Assembly: GCF_964204865.1 (NCBI RefSeq)
Contig: NC_135258.1
Coordinates: forward strand, 9,176,001 to 9,240,000
Reading direction: 5' to 3'
From: Styela clava
Lineage: Eukaryota
Length of the DNA stretch: 64,000 bases
Below the pieces are notes generated by a model. It was not told the origin of the DNA and ran no database searches. It saw only the letters and a list, made by a program, of their open reading frames with translations. The stretch's first letter is position 1. Each line of letters begins with the position of its first letter. A program made the translations under genes and the position numbers. Below, piece by piece: positions 24,363 through 38,300 of the stretch.

Positions 24363-25232
24363 ACTTTTTACTGTATTTTTGGACTATTTTACTGAAAATG
24401 CTATTTATTCACAATCATAGTTGTACATTTCTTTCAATTTATAGCATGCTTTTATTGCTACATAAATTATTCTTATAAATAAAAAATAGAGAATTTCCTT
24501 AAACACTTCTAAGGCTACTTTTCAGCTTATTTTGTATCAATTTCAAATTTAATATCAGATTATGTGTCAATGTGTGTGAAGCTTATTTGAAATTCTGTCA
24601 TTATGACGCAATAAATATCTAGTCGCAATGAGAGACGCGACGAGTCACTTGGCAAAGTCACAGCGAGGCTAAAGTAAACATTCTTGTTTGAGGTTTTAAA
24701 GCGTGGCTGGAAGAAAGGCGAGGTTATTCCGAGGGCGAATGATGAAATGCTGATGTTTGCTATCTAAGTTGGTATTAATTTATAAATGTAAGTTCTTGTG
24801 CCGATGAGGACATATGATGAAGCCGTCATATCAGCTTTCATCTCCCTCTAAGTCTAGGATAAATTTTAAAAACCTATACATCGCTAAACCCCATACATGA
24901 TAAACTGACCACGGGCAAGTTCTTCCGAAAACGAATAACAGTGTGCTCGCGAAACGAGAATTTAGTGTAGATCTGTTTCCTTCCGAGCAATTCCAATCTC
25001 TTTGCGTCGCAGAGCCTATACCAGTACCCGAGTGCTACTGTCTTATTAGCTAAACTAGCTAGCAAAATCCTGTTGTAAAAAACACAATGTTATAAGAACG
25101 TGTTTCTTACTGAATTTGTTTGAAGTCGGTGTGGCAATGAAATTGAATAACTCTTTAGAAATTTCTGCGAGGACCCCTACAATGCCGTAAGATCAATAAC
25201 AAAGAGAAACAATTTTTTGTGCTTGCAAACTA

Positions 25233-25440
25233 CAGTAGAACTCTACCTACAAAATTAATTCGTTTCGGAAGCCCATTCGTAGGTAGAAATTACCGTAAGT
25301 AGGAACACATTTTATCTGTTAATGCTCTAAGCCCTCACAAAACTCGGACGTAATGTTTGTATAAATTATAATTATTGTTAAACCCGTAACAACTACATTT
25401 GATTTTTTGTATCACGAGTCTTTCGTAGGTAGAGTTTCTA
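25233..25440. mobile_element. Tc1/mariner-like MITE remnant
   Basis: ta-cagtagaactctacctac start and the inverted motif gtaggtagagtttcta. Confidence 0.5.
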
Positions 25441-25930
25441 GGTGCGGCCCGCAGCTTGACCCAGTTACTTGTATCTGGCCTGTAAAATAGTTTACACATC
25501 CCTACCCTAACCAAACAAAAATAAAATAGCCCATTTATAGAGATGTGTTATTGTGCACGCAGTAAGAGATTTATTTTGCCCCATAATCAGCACAATGATT
25601 ACAGAAACACTATATATATATATATTATAAATAAACTACAAAATATGGCACTTTATTCAATTGAAGATTTCATGATTTTGAAAGATCTCTAACAAGTAGT
25701 GTATTATACAAGAAATGGTGTGTTCAACACATGTTTTAAAAAGGGATTGATAATGGTGGTATTATGTTGCAATTCACAAATCTATATTTTGAATGTTCAG
25801 ATTTTCAACAATATTTCATAGAATATTAGAACCAAAAGTACAATAAGCTTGATTCGGATGTTGTTATACAGTTCAGGCGCAAGTTATATATATTCAAACT
25901 TCTTCTTACATTTGAAGATGGATAAAATAA

Positions 25931-26143
25931 GGGCGCTCCAGAAGTGTGTGTCCAATATGGAGGTAACTAATTTTGTTCGCCTACCTTACATCAAGTTGTG
26001 TAAAGGAAATGAAAACAATGAGCAGGGGTGTATTCACTTGGCTAACACGGACAGTCCCCGAACTCGTAATAGATCTAAAATAGGGAAAATCGAAATAAAA
26101 TTATCGCCTAACCCTAACGTGGTACACACACTATGGGAGTCCC
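25931..26143 (+). mobile_element. CCCTAA-containing MITE, long form
   Basis: Ends gggcgctcc / ggagtccc. It shares its left end and the aaccctaac.tggtacac core with 29154-29262 and 41340-41450. Confidence 0.7.
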
Positions 26144-26287
26144 AAAACAAGAACTATTTAAATTGCATAATACCGAAAATTTTCGATTATAGCAGATCGG
26201 GCTACTGAAAATATATATATACGATATATTAAAGTTTTTACACATTTTTGAAGATTTGGCACAATTTTCGTTTGACTTCACAATATT

Positions 26288-29200
26288 TTAACGTCTTGCA
26301 CGTCTTCCTCGCCCATGTCTTCTTCCCATAGGACGTTCATGCAGCATTGGCAACCCGGAGGCATCAGGGTATCCATGTAGCCCCTCTTCAACATACCCTA
26401 CTCCTGGTGCCCAGTGTCGGGCTCCATGGTGACCGAAACTGGGCCCGTCACTAGCAAGCTTTGTTATGTCATCTCCACGTTCTTTCCAGGCTTTGGCGAA
26501 ATTTCCAGATATGTGATACAGCTCCATTATGTTGAGAAGAACCATGATACATCCAGTAGCAAAAAACAGGCAGATGAATACGGTTTTCTCTTTCGGCCTG
26601 AAACAAATTTGGACACGAAAGCATAAACGATCTGGGTCAGTTGACAATAAAGCAGTTAATGCGTAACTGTGTTGCCGTGGCATATTGGATCTCGGGTTTA
26701 CATCCCACCCTACCATATGCGTTATACATTGGGTAGGCAATACCAAATTGGAAAGATTCCGTAGCTTTCAAATGATTCTAGCTCCTTGCGTATCGTTATA
26801 TATATCAGTGATGGCTTGTACAGGGCCTTGTCCGGAGAGAAAAGCGTGAATGAACGTGTTCGGAGAGAAAAACGTGAATATTTGTCTACGAGATAAAGTA
26901 CAAACTAGAATTTGTTATCGATTTGGAGCATTAACTCTCGCATTTTTCTTACCGTGATACAAAGCAATCGACAACGTTTGGGCAGGGCCAATGTTGACAT
27001 TGGAATAATTCCGGCATCATAAATTTGAACGTGTAAATATGATATTGTCCAACCATGAAACCAATTTCGATCAGAAGCCTGGAAAGCACCTATAAAAACA
27101 GAATAAAATTCAAACTTGGAATCAAATGATTGATAAAAAAGTAAAAACTGATTATGAAATCATGAGAGCAAACAAAACCTTAGATAAAGTTCAAAATGTA
27201 CAGAATATAAGATAGGAGGTTTTGCCAAGAACAAGTGGTGCGTGTTCACGCACCTAAAATTATTTCACACACGCACCTTCACACGCACACACACAATCAC
27301 AGAGAAATTTAAAGTGGATTATGGCACGATTTTACCCAAAAGTATTTTACCGTAAAGAGTAGCTGTAAACGTCAAGAGATACATATTAGCGACCTAAGCT
27401 CAATAAGGAAAGCACAGAATCTTTTGGCCACTCTGTGGGGATTGTAAATCAGTTAGTCAATCGTTACAGACTCGGAAATTAGAGGAAGACGTAGCTAGGT
27501 ATTGATCACTTGGGCCACCCTGCTAGCTGCGACCACAGAGTAATGTCTTTTTGCCATGTTTCAAAATATTGATATTTCATATATATATATATAGCAATTA
27601 GCGACACTTTTTTACAGAAAAAAAAGCGCCGTAATATGCCTCCTGGTAAACTGAGTTTATCGTTGTTAACTTACAACAAAGAAATAAGCCAAGAATAATT
27701 TGGAAGGGGCATCTTCCGATAACTTCGTCGCAACCATTTTTTCATCCTTCCCTTTATCGTCTTTTTCGTCATCAGAATTGTCTTTCAGAAGTTCTAAAAG
27801 TAAAAGCTGATAAATTGCACAGTTCAGATTTTGGAGAAATCAGTAATTTATTTTTCCACCAATACTGAAAATACGCAACTTACATATACGATTAGAATAA
27901 AATAAGTATATATAGCATTTACGGGGTGGATTGAGACGCTGAAAACCAGTACTGGTTATCGAGCAGCGACACCAATTGAGTTGAATTAATATCGTATAAA
28001 TGAGAAAAAATCCACCTTCTATCCGCTTAGGATTTAATCCAGCCTCAATCATCTCCTGTTTCTCTTTTTTCTTTTTTTCTTCGCGAATCTTTTTTCTCTG
28101 AATATATGAATGAATTGAAAGTTTCCGCCAATAATATTAATATTTCTACTGATTCGATATTCAACGGTTTATAGCTCACTTCAAAATCCGGGTTTTCACG
28201 TACTGTTTTTCCAATATTACTCGATTTTATGCATCCTTTATGCTATCGTTTGATAACATTTATTATTCAAGTTTGGCACAAATAATTCGGCATTTTTATA
28301 TACTGCATATATGTATGTATTATAACATTTTGTTGAACATGGAGTTGCTCAGAAGTTTTTTATTAAAAAAAATAAAAATAAAGTAGCATCGAAATTCTCA
28401 ATAATACTAACCACTTCTTTCTCTTTTTTTTCTCTGGCTTTCCTAGCATTCACAACTATCGTCACTTTTGCCATTTTGTGAGCAGTGTAGACAATAAATA
28501 TGATCGACGGTAAAGCGACACAAAGTATTTGCAGGAACCAGTATCTAGTCTGAAATAAATTTGTAAAATGACCCATTATTTGTGAACCAATTAATAGCCA
28601 GCGATAATCGAGGGCAAAAACGTTGAAAGAATATTTATAATTAAACAAAGGCCTATTTGTTTCAACTATTTCCACCTTTATAAGCACATATTCAGGTGAT
28701 AAATGAATTTGATAATATTTTCATGTTTTAATAAGACATAGAAACAGATGTCATTTAGAATCTAATAGATGGATGGGGCAATACAACAAAATAATATTTT
28801 CAAATGTATTTGTCTCGAATATTGCAATTAAGTAAAGTTACAAAATTTACAATAATTATTAAAACATAAATGACAAGAATAACTTGAATATACGCTTTAT
28901 CAAAGTTATGTTCTGTGTTCCCATTTCTATGCTCTTATGTTTGCTACCTTGTTTCATTCATTTCTATAGAATCTAAAAACGTCTACACTCACCAAGGCGA
29001 TGGGACTATATTCATTGAAGCAAACGTTCTTACAACCAGGAGAGAGCGTGTTACAAACAAATTTTCCTTGAGCGCTCCCCCATACATTTCCTAAAAATTG
29101 AAACAGGTTTCTTGTATTTCACTTTTACATCGACTATAGTTACTAAAACGAATGACGCTCCTGCAGTATGTGCACCAATATGGCGCACAATCTGAACCCT

Positions 29201-29929
29201 AACCTGGTACACTTACTATGTTCTGGTTGTGCGCCATCTTGGCGCAATACTTCTGAAGGTCCAAACGAACTTTATAGGTATCAAGAAAAGTAAAATAAAT
29301 ATAAAAGTAATAGCTTTCTGACTCCAAGAATCTTTAAGTACTGGGAATTGATTGAATTGAACGATTTATTTGTTAGTTTTTGAGACGACCGCTTTTTAAA
29401 CACCAAATTTCCCCTAACAACAGCAACAATTAAGCAAAACTATACATATGTACACAATGTTTCAAATAAATTCTGCAATGTCAAAAAAATTTCATCTAAA
29501 TATTTGAAGAATGTCCTATAAAGACGTGTCTATATAAAAGTGTTCACGTGAATAAAAATAAAATAACGAGTTTGAGCATAATATCAGGGTTCGTAAGACT
29601 CAGAATTTTTTTTTTTTTAAATACCAAAAAGTCTAACGACTTTTTCCATCTTTAAGTATTAAAAATTCGAAATTGTTTGGAAAAGTGATATTTTTAATTA
29701 TCAAATTAACCACATCAGGAACAAATGCAATTTTTCAAAATGAACCATATGTACGCGTCGAATCCAATAGTAAAATCAATGTGCCATTATTTCAACAAAA
29801 AATCTCACCTGCCATTGACGATACAATCAACAATCGAATTATGAAGAATGACGTCACCCAAAATTTTCCAATCAAGGTTGAATGTTCCGCGCTCTGTTCA
29901 ATAAGCTTTTGCACGATATGCCAACCCAT
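26288..29929 (-). CDS. Connexin (gap junction protein), ~334 aa. Exons 29929-29809, 29090-28993, 28549-28412, 28097-28016, 27793-27675, 27089-26953, 26597-26288
   Basis: [25 protein letters not shown]-terminus, E1 C-x6-C-x3-C ([12 protein letters not shown]), RYWFLQIL, and E2 C-x4-C-x5-C ([23 protein letters not shown]). Introns are phase-compatible; the exon 3 donor could be 3 nt earlier. Confidence 0.92.
27143..27300 (-). mobile_element. Fragment of LINE-type 3' UTR in a connexin intron
   Basis: The reverse complement matches 56330-56490. A terminal fragment (gctgattatgg...aaataaa) also lies at ~25570-25595 (-). Confidence 0.75.
29154..29262. mobile_element. Palindromic short MITE with central aaccctaacctggtacac
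   Basis: Long inverted arms agtatgtgcaccaatatggcgcacaa / ttgtgcgccatcttggcgcaatact. A second copy lies at 41340-41450. Confidence 0.75.
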
Positions 29930-32900
29930 GTCTGTACATTACAGTATACCACAATGCTTCATAAATATATATGCTTGATTTTATACAAAAACAACAGATA
30001 TAGCAACAAGCCTGTAAAAGGTGAATATTCAAAGTCTTCTACACTTTCGGTTTCATCATAAATGCGATTTATCTCTGAAACTTTTTATTGGTTCACATTA
30101 TATTTTCTCAGCTGTATTTAATAAACATCTCATCCGGCTTACCGGTATTTATTGGAATTGATACTATACAAACACTGTATAAAAACGGTAAACGCTATAT
30201 AAGGTAAGTATCGTTTTATAGTTCAGGCTGGCTAACTATTCACCAATTCAACATAACTGTGTTAGCTTATATGTTCCTTATGAAAGTGGTTTTCATGAAC
30301 TATGCTTAGATAAACGTTTCATATTGCTGAGTTACTCATAAAGCAATGTGCGTTTACTGTTTCATGTTACCAGTAATCCCATAGTAATTTTGTACCTCTT
30401 GGAAAAGCTTCAATGAGCTAAGAATTTATACTTTGCTAAAAGAGTCAGCAAATTAACAGAAAATTGATGGTAATTGTTGCAATCATGTTATCATGAAAAC
30501 TTGAATAGACAGTGATATTTTATAAAACGTCAACGTTCGGACACACGCAAAATTGGTGGTTTTAATCTTGATGAAAAAAAAAACGACTCAAAGATGAATT
30601 TATAGCCAACTTGAATTACACTCAATATCAAAAAATTTATATTGTTTTTAACAGCGCCCTGTCAATTCGTGTTTTGTTTTGATGATCATGGACTGAAGTA
30701 TACTTGAAATCGTTTGAAACATTTTTTTCCTCGCTGTAGATAATAATTTGGGTCACCGATGAAACGAGGCCTACCGTTGGCGGAAAAAAATGAAAATCTC
30801 CTGATTCAAATATTAGGGCATTCTTGACAAATTAACAGGAAAAATAGTTACCTCCCGTCCCCAATCTGAACATCAATCTTGAATCTGAGGCTTGTAATCT
30901 GGAAAAATCTACATCTTTTTATTCCGCGCAAAAAAATTGTAATGGAATGCAAATATGACACAACGCAACAAATGGAGATTAATATGAAAACGCGTCTAGA
31001 ATTTCTTTTGTCCAAAACTTAGGGTCAAAATATCTTTAATTGTGAAACGTTTCTCTTCACGTCATTTTCGGTTGAGGTAATTCAAGATCAGCGAATAAAG
31101 TTTCTGACCTCTGAAACGTCACGATGAATTTGTAATTTTAAATTCTAAAAGCTAATAATGCTTATTTAATCTTCCTTGTCCTGAGTATTGATATATGGAA
31201 GTGGTTTATAAAATAATAAATCATTCAAATTCGTCTTGAGTGGGGCGGTGTCGCCAGGTAGACATTAAACATAAGATGGAATGCAAATAAAGTTGATCCT
31301 ATCCTGAAAATTTATGCCGAGTACTGGAAGATAAAGCACTGATCTGATTCAATAGTAAAAATTTTAAAATAATCGTGTCGCTCGGGTGTATATTTATTAT
31401 ATTAATCTGTGCAGTTATGAAGAGAAAAAAATACGGATTGACTTTTTTGGTATTACTCCTCAAACCTTTGGCAACGGAAAATGTTGACGGGCAATTTATT
31501 ATCGGAAAAATTGTTTCGTTGATAAAAAAAACTTATCTTTTCACCAAACATTACTATTAATTGAACAGAATAAAATTTCTTACTCAGTTTACTCAGGGTA
31601 CGTCCTATAGTCCCTGTATAATTATCAGCAAGACCATGTGTTCTTATCCCACCGAACTCATTACATCTAATATCAACTCTATGACGTAAAATATCTAAAT
31701 TTCTCCGTGATAAATACAACACATTGCTTCAGACATGTTGACTTAATATTCATGTAGAACAAGTTTCTACATATCCAACTACCCGTACAAACGAGTTTTT
31801 TTTAAGTGAGCAAGACAAATCAAATTAGATATGTTATACTTATCGAATTTATTAAGCTATATCGACGCAGCGTGAGACATGAATTGTCTCCCTTCACTAA
31901 TTGAGGATATTTAAACTGTAATTGCAGCATCCTACGACTAATTCTACTAATCCCATTATGTCCACAATTGATTCTAAATCTGAAAGCGTTCAAAGATGTT
32001 CTTTTATATTGCCTTCTTTCCAGAATGTAAACGCCGATTTTAAATAAAAGCTTTTCATGACAGGACGAAAAAGGGGATCTCAAGTAATATCGAGTGAATA
32101 TTTTTACTCGTTTTTTTGAAATATTATCTTACCCCAGTATTCATGTAATTAGGTAAAAAAAATCTAGTTTGAAAAACTACTTATTTTTGAAAAAAAAAAC
32201 ATTCGAATATGCAGTATAACTTTCACTAACTATACGTCAACGCCTTGAGACAACACTAAAACATAAATTCATACAACAGTCACCTACATGTAACTTGTGT
32301 AAAGACTTCTCAAGAAGCTGAGAGAACGAAGATAGCCTCGTCTGAGATGGGGTTTAAATATATCAATGATTGCAGCAAACGTCGATCATGTATGTGTCAT
32401 GTATAAGTACACAAGAAGTTTTCAAATTTCATAACTGCCTGATTACTAAAGAGATCGAAAATTACTCCGAAGCCAGACATCTAGTAAATAATTGATAAAG
32501 TTTAACCACATTTTTTGTACTTCTTTCATTAGTCACGTAGCCCATGTCTGCCTAATATCTTTCTTCTCTGACCAAAAGTTTGTGCTTTGTAATTAATAAG
32601 TGTATTTTTGTGGTGAAAATTAATGAAACCAAAAAAAAGATAAGGAAGAAAATTTTCGAATATCATAGCATTGATACGTTTTTACGAAAAATGGGTTAAA
32701 ACAGAAACGGGTTCACCAAAATCGCGATAATCCAATACTTGTTCGCGCGGACGTGTGCGAGCCTCCTGAACCTCACTTCAGGTTTTAAGTCAACACACAA
32801 AACTTTTATACGTAGTAATATAATCTCCAAGTTTATGGGGGAGCATATTGGTTATTTGTAAAAACGCTCATATCCAACATGCAAAATTTTCAGATTTTAA

Positions 32901-34923
32901 CTACATCGATTCGAAATTACTTGATTGGGCAAAACCATTTTTTGCTAAATCGATGACTAAATACTGACAATCTAGTAAAGTTGTACAATCACCATTGTAT
33001 ACGAAAGGCAAGTGAAATATAAAATTTCAAATTTGCTTCAGTATATTATTGATATAGAAATGAATATATCTGGCTGTATAGCAAGGCGACAAACTGAAAT
33101 TATTTTGTGGAAACATGTCAGTTCCCATGTAAAACATGGGACGAGACCATTTTCAGATGACTTGATTGAACATCATCTACAATGTTTATCAGAATTTCTT
33201 TTAAATAAAATCAATGTTCCGCCGTATACTTACAGCGTATCCATATCGAAGTGGACTTTAAGTTTTTAAAAGCAGGCTAGTCCCACAGCAGTGTGTGTGT
33301 GTATATATTGTGGTGCCCTTTTACTTTTCATTAAGCTTTAAATTAAAAGATCTCATAAAATCCAATAGCCAATATACCGTCTTTAATAAAGTACAAATAG
33401 TTTTATGAGTTTCTCCCGACTTTCTTACGTTTGACTGCTATGTCAACATACTTGCTGGCATTTAAACGATGTTTGATTTCCAAACCGTAAAACTGAGCGA
33501 ATCATTCTGACTCTGCAACAGTTGGTGGTAGTCGACGAATATACAATTTAAATAAGTCCGCAATTTGATGAGTAATTTATCTATTGATAAAGTTTAAAAA
33601 TTAATTATTAAAAATTAAGAATTTTTGTAAAACGAATTTTGTTTGGTCATAGGACTAATAACAATTACATTGCTGTCATAGTGAATATATATGTTTTTGG
33701 GTCTATCCAATATCCCGTTTCATAGACAGGTCTCGCTTTTCATGGCAGGCCGGAATTTTGTCATCTATATTTCTATAAAAATCTGACTATGCAATCCCAT
33801 CATCAAACTTAATTTTGATTATTTCGTCATAAAACAGGATATTTGGAAACATATACCAAACTTTTCTGCGCTTTATTCTCCATTTTATATTATTATAAAT
33901 TCAAGCTTTGCCATTGTACAACTATTATCTGGAAGGAAACTCAAAGCTGCAAATCACTATCACATATTTTTGAATCCCTCGATCCCTGCTGAATATCTTA
34001 TTTGGTTCACTTCAGAATGTGGGACATTTTTATGCAAGTTTTTTCAAAGAAAGATCGCAAACTTGTAATTAAAAGTGACAGAAAAGGATGCACTGACGCT
34101 ATCATCACTATATGCTATCGCTTTCAACAGCACATATTTTGAAAATCGCTCTAAGACAGAATATAACGTAAATGTGGCCCGCTGCGTAGATTCAAACCAG
34201 AACCTCTGTCTGCTCTGTATCTATTCATAGCAATAAAGTCTCATCTTCAACATTTCACTGAATTTCGAAAGACCTGGGTGTTGGTTGGTATATAAATCTG
34301 TCTTTTACTATAATACTTATATACACCCTTCGATATTTTTTCATATTCTGAATTCCAACAATCTTTGCCAAATGACATGCATGCTCACATTCTCAAAACA
34401 AATTTAATTCCTACGTGCAGACAATCTCAATCGTTCTCAACAGTTTGCCCGCAGACTCTCAAAGGCGTCCTTGTTTTAAGCGTCACACGTCCCTGGAATG
34501 ACACATCGTGAAGGTCACATCGGCATTTCCATTAATTTATTGAAAGTATTTACACATATTTCAACACTTGCTGCAAAGATAACGTATCTTTGTTCGTTAA
34601 AATTTTAACCACAGACTTTCGTGGTACGAATTTTTTGCAAATAATAAATACCCTCCTGCGCAGCAATAGTCTCGTAAAAGTACCGATAACCTGCGGTGCG
34701 ACGACGCCCATTTGCGCGACGAGTTTTCTAACTATATTCTATTATTGGACACGGAGTGAATCTATGGATCGTTTTGCTATTACGTTGTTGTTGTTCTTGT
34801 TGGTATTTTTTGTCTTGTTGTTATGAAAAGTCGCTTTTCTCATTCACTTATAGGCCAATTGCTTTTAAATTTTCAGTGATTAAAGATTGTATTTTTCATT
34901 AGAAGGCTATTACTAGGGTTACC

Positions 34924-34969
34924 CAATGAGCATATATACCTATATATATATAGGTATATATGCTCATTG
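34924..34969. mobile_element. 46-bp perfect palindromic insertion with target duplication
   Basis: caatgagcatatatacctatata|tatataggtatatatgctcattg is flanked by the direct repeat ggttacc. Confidence 0.75.
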
Positions 34970-35368
34970 GGTTACCATATGTTTGTGACCTCAAATCGGG
35001 ACGCCTCCGAAGACCATAGCTGTGATTTTATCAACTTCAATTTACCGATTTCACACTAGGGGCCTACATTTTAAAACCATCCCGGCTGTCTTCATTGAGT
35101 ATATTGTCATTGTGAGTTCATGCGCTGTCTGTCTGAATATCGGCTTCAGTTCGAAAAATAGAAAGGAATATATACATATATACATTGACGTTAGCACTCT
35201 TTTGGCGTGCGGGGCTTACACGTAACAAATTGTAGCAATTGTCCGCTAATAATGTTAGCGGAAAACGACGAAACAAACTAAATCACGCATTCACCTTCAG
35301 TAACTAGGCTACCGATACGCTACAGTGGCTACACAGCAACGAGAACATGCCAATTGGTGATATTCGTG

Positions 35369-38300
35369 TGTTATGAGAATTAAGGTAAGTCATTCCTGTT
35401 GCAGTGTGCCACACTTTGTTTATATTCCGTCATTATTACATTATCGTTCTTTGTGTTGTGATCACTGATTATCGTCAAGCGACAACGGACTGCATTTGCC
35501 TAACTGCATTCGTTACGTGCCGTTACGAGTATTAGACGGTAGTCCGATTAAGTTTGGCTATACTTAGTGACTCAATGTAATTATGTTGCATGATCTAGTA
35601 TTTAGGTTAAGATACGTTTTTAGTTTCTTAAAGTAATAATTTTGGGTATAATAAATAAACTGTCATAACAATTTAAGAAACTAAAATCTTAAATATGGAT
35701 GCATCGATGAAACCAGCGAGACTTGACTTGAATCTGAATTATCCAAGCGCGGCAAAGGAATGGAAGCACTGGCGAAAAACATTTGAGAACTACATTGAAG
35801 AATTATAGATCAGTGTACAAGAGGGCCAGTCTGTGAATAAACTCAAGAGGCTAATCAACTCAGTGTCTCACAATGTTTAAGGAAATATTGAAGATGTGGG
35901 CGCTTATAGTAAAGCTATGGAAGTGCTACATAGCTTATATGTCAAGACGCCGAATGAAATATTTGCACGGCATTTGCTAGTTACGGCAAAGCAACAACCT
36001 GGTCAATCCATCGACGAATTTCTACAAACTCTGCTAATCTGAGTAAAGACTGTAATTTTAAAGATGTTTCTGCCGCGCAGTACCGCGACGAACTTATACG
36101 TGATTCTTTCATCAATGGTATTTTGTCAGATAACATCCGACAACGTCTTTCGGAGAACAAGGACTTGACCCTTGCATTAGCGTTTTCACAAGCTACATCC
36201 CTTGATCTGGCGCAACGTAATTCGTCAGCCTATGAAGCATCTCGGATCGACGAATTGCAGCCTTCGGCATTGGCCACTTCCAAAACCTTTTTCGACAATT
36301 AAGGTATAGTAACTGGCCGTATAACGAACGAAAATGCATATTCTGTGGATATAATTACCACAATCGTCTAAATTGTCCCGCTCGCAATGCCAATTGCTAC
36401 AAATGCGACAAAAAAGGCCACTTTGCCAATATTTGCCGATCAAAGATGAATAAATCTGGAGACTCTTCATTTATAACGGCGTCAGTAAATCCATCAGTCC
36501 ACGACATGCAATCGGCACCAAGGTGTTTACTGCCGCCTGCCGGCAACACTTCCAGTTGTCATAGCTGGTCGCAACATCACTGCGTTGATAGATACCGGAA
36601 GCTCTCTCTCTTTTATAAACGAAAAGACTGCGAGAATGCTACGTTTGAAAATTTTGCCTTCACGGGAAAATGTAGTGATGGCTGTCCAGCATCTGCAAGG
36701 AACGACTATTGGATCCTGTTTAACTGATATGATAATTGGTACTCGTTCATATACCAAAGTGCCGCTTAAAGTATTTCGAGGTCTTTGTTGTGATTTATTG
36801 CTTGGTCAGGACTTTCAAAGACAACATAAGAGTAATTTTCTCTTTTGACAGCTCTCGTCCTGGACTTCCAGATCAATATGAATCAAAAGTATGTGGTTTA
36901 GCTGCTGCAAACTACACACCGGCTTCGTTATTTTCTAATCTCATGAAAAAATAATCATCTGATAGCTGTCAAATCTCGCCGTTTTGGCGCGTTAGACAAA
37001 GAATTCATCGCTAAAGAAGTTTCGAGAATGTAGCACGAGGGAATTATCAGGCCAAGTTCTTCGCCGTGGAGAGCACAGCCTTTAGTTTTGAAGGGCCCAT
37101 TGACTTCAAAACGACGATTGTGCATAGATTATTCTTAAACGATAAATATTTATTCAGAGCTAGACGCCTATCCATTGCCGCGAATTGATGATATGGTTAA
37201 CGAACTTGCCGGATATTCCTGGTTTTCCACCTACGATCTGAAATCCGCGTATCATCAGATTCCAATATGCCAGCAAGATAAAATTTTCACTGCATTTGAA
37301 GGCGATGGTAAACTCTGGGAATTCAATCGTATTCCATTTGGAGTGACCAATGGAGTACCAGCCTTTCAGCGGCTAATGGATGAAATTGTGGGAAAAGGCA
37401 ATCTGAAAGATACATTTCCATACCTCGACAATGTAATTATAGCTGGACATACGAGAGAGGAGCATGACTATAACGCGAAGAAATTTCTCGATACTGTTAA
37501 GAAAAACAATTTAACATTAAATGATGCATAAACAGTATCGAATGTACGAAAAATTAACATTTTAGGATATACAGTGGGTAATACTTCAGTATAAGCTCCA
37601 GATCCCGAACGCCTAGCTCCATCAAGAGATCTCTACCTCCAACAAATAGTCGAGCTCTGCAAAGAATAATTGGACTTTTTGCGTATTATTCGAAATAAAT
37701 TGTAAATTTTTCAGATAAAATGCAACGACTCCGCCAAGTGAAAACATTTCCTTTGGATTGCGCTACAGTACAAGACTTTGAATCTCTCAGAAGAGAAATC
37801 GGAAATGCCACTTTGAGCTCAATTGATGAGCATGTTCCATTTGATGTAGAATGAGCCACACCGAATCAAGGAGGGCGACCAGTGGCATTTTGGTCGCGTG
37901 TTCTACAGAAGAGTGAGAGGTTTTATCCCGCTGTAGAAAAAGAGGCAACGGCAATCATTGAAGCCGTGCGAAAGTGGGCCCATTTTCTGGCAAGACGTCC
38001 GTTCACTATCGTGACCGACCAACGATCGGTTTCTTTCATGCTAGATAACCGTCGTCGATCAAAAATGAAGAATAATAAAATTCAGTCCTGGAGGCTGGAA
38101 CAAGCCTCATTTAGTTACGACGTTATATATCGACCTGGAAAACAAAATGCCGCATCTGATGCTCACGTCTACATGCGTATCAATTTTTCCCACGTCATTG
38201 CAAGAAATACACGAAGGTTTATGTCACCCGGCCGTCACAAGACTTCTACATTTCGTCAAATCGAAAAATTTGCCTGTCTCGACTGATGAAGTAAAAAGAA

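Noticed and set aside
30000-34700. Short ORFs upstream of the connexin, and most other 60-120 aa ORFs in the track
   Set aside because: No motifs or splice support; many are antisense to real exons or lie within repeats.
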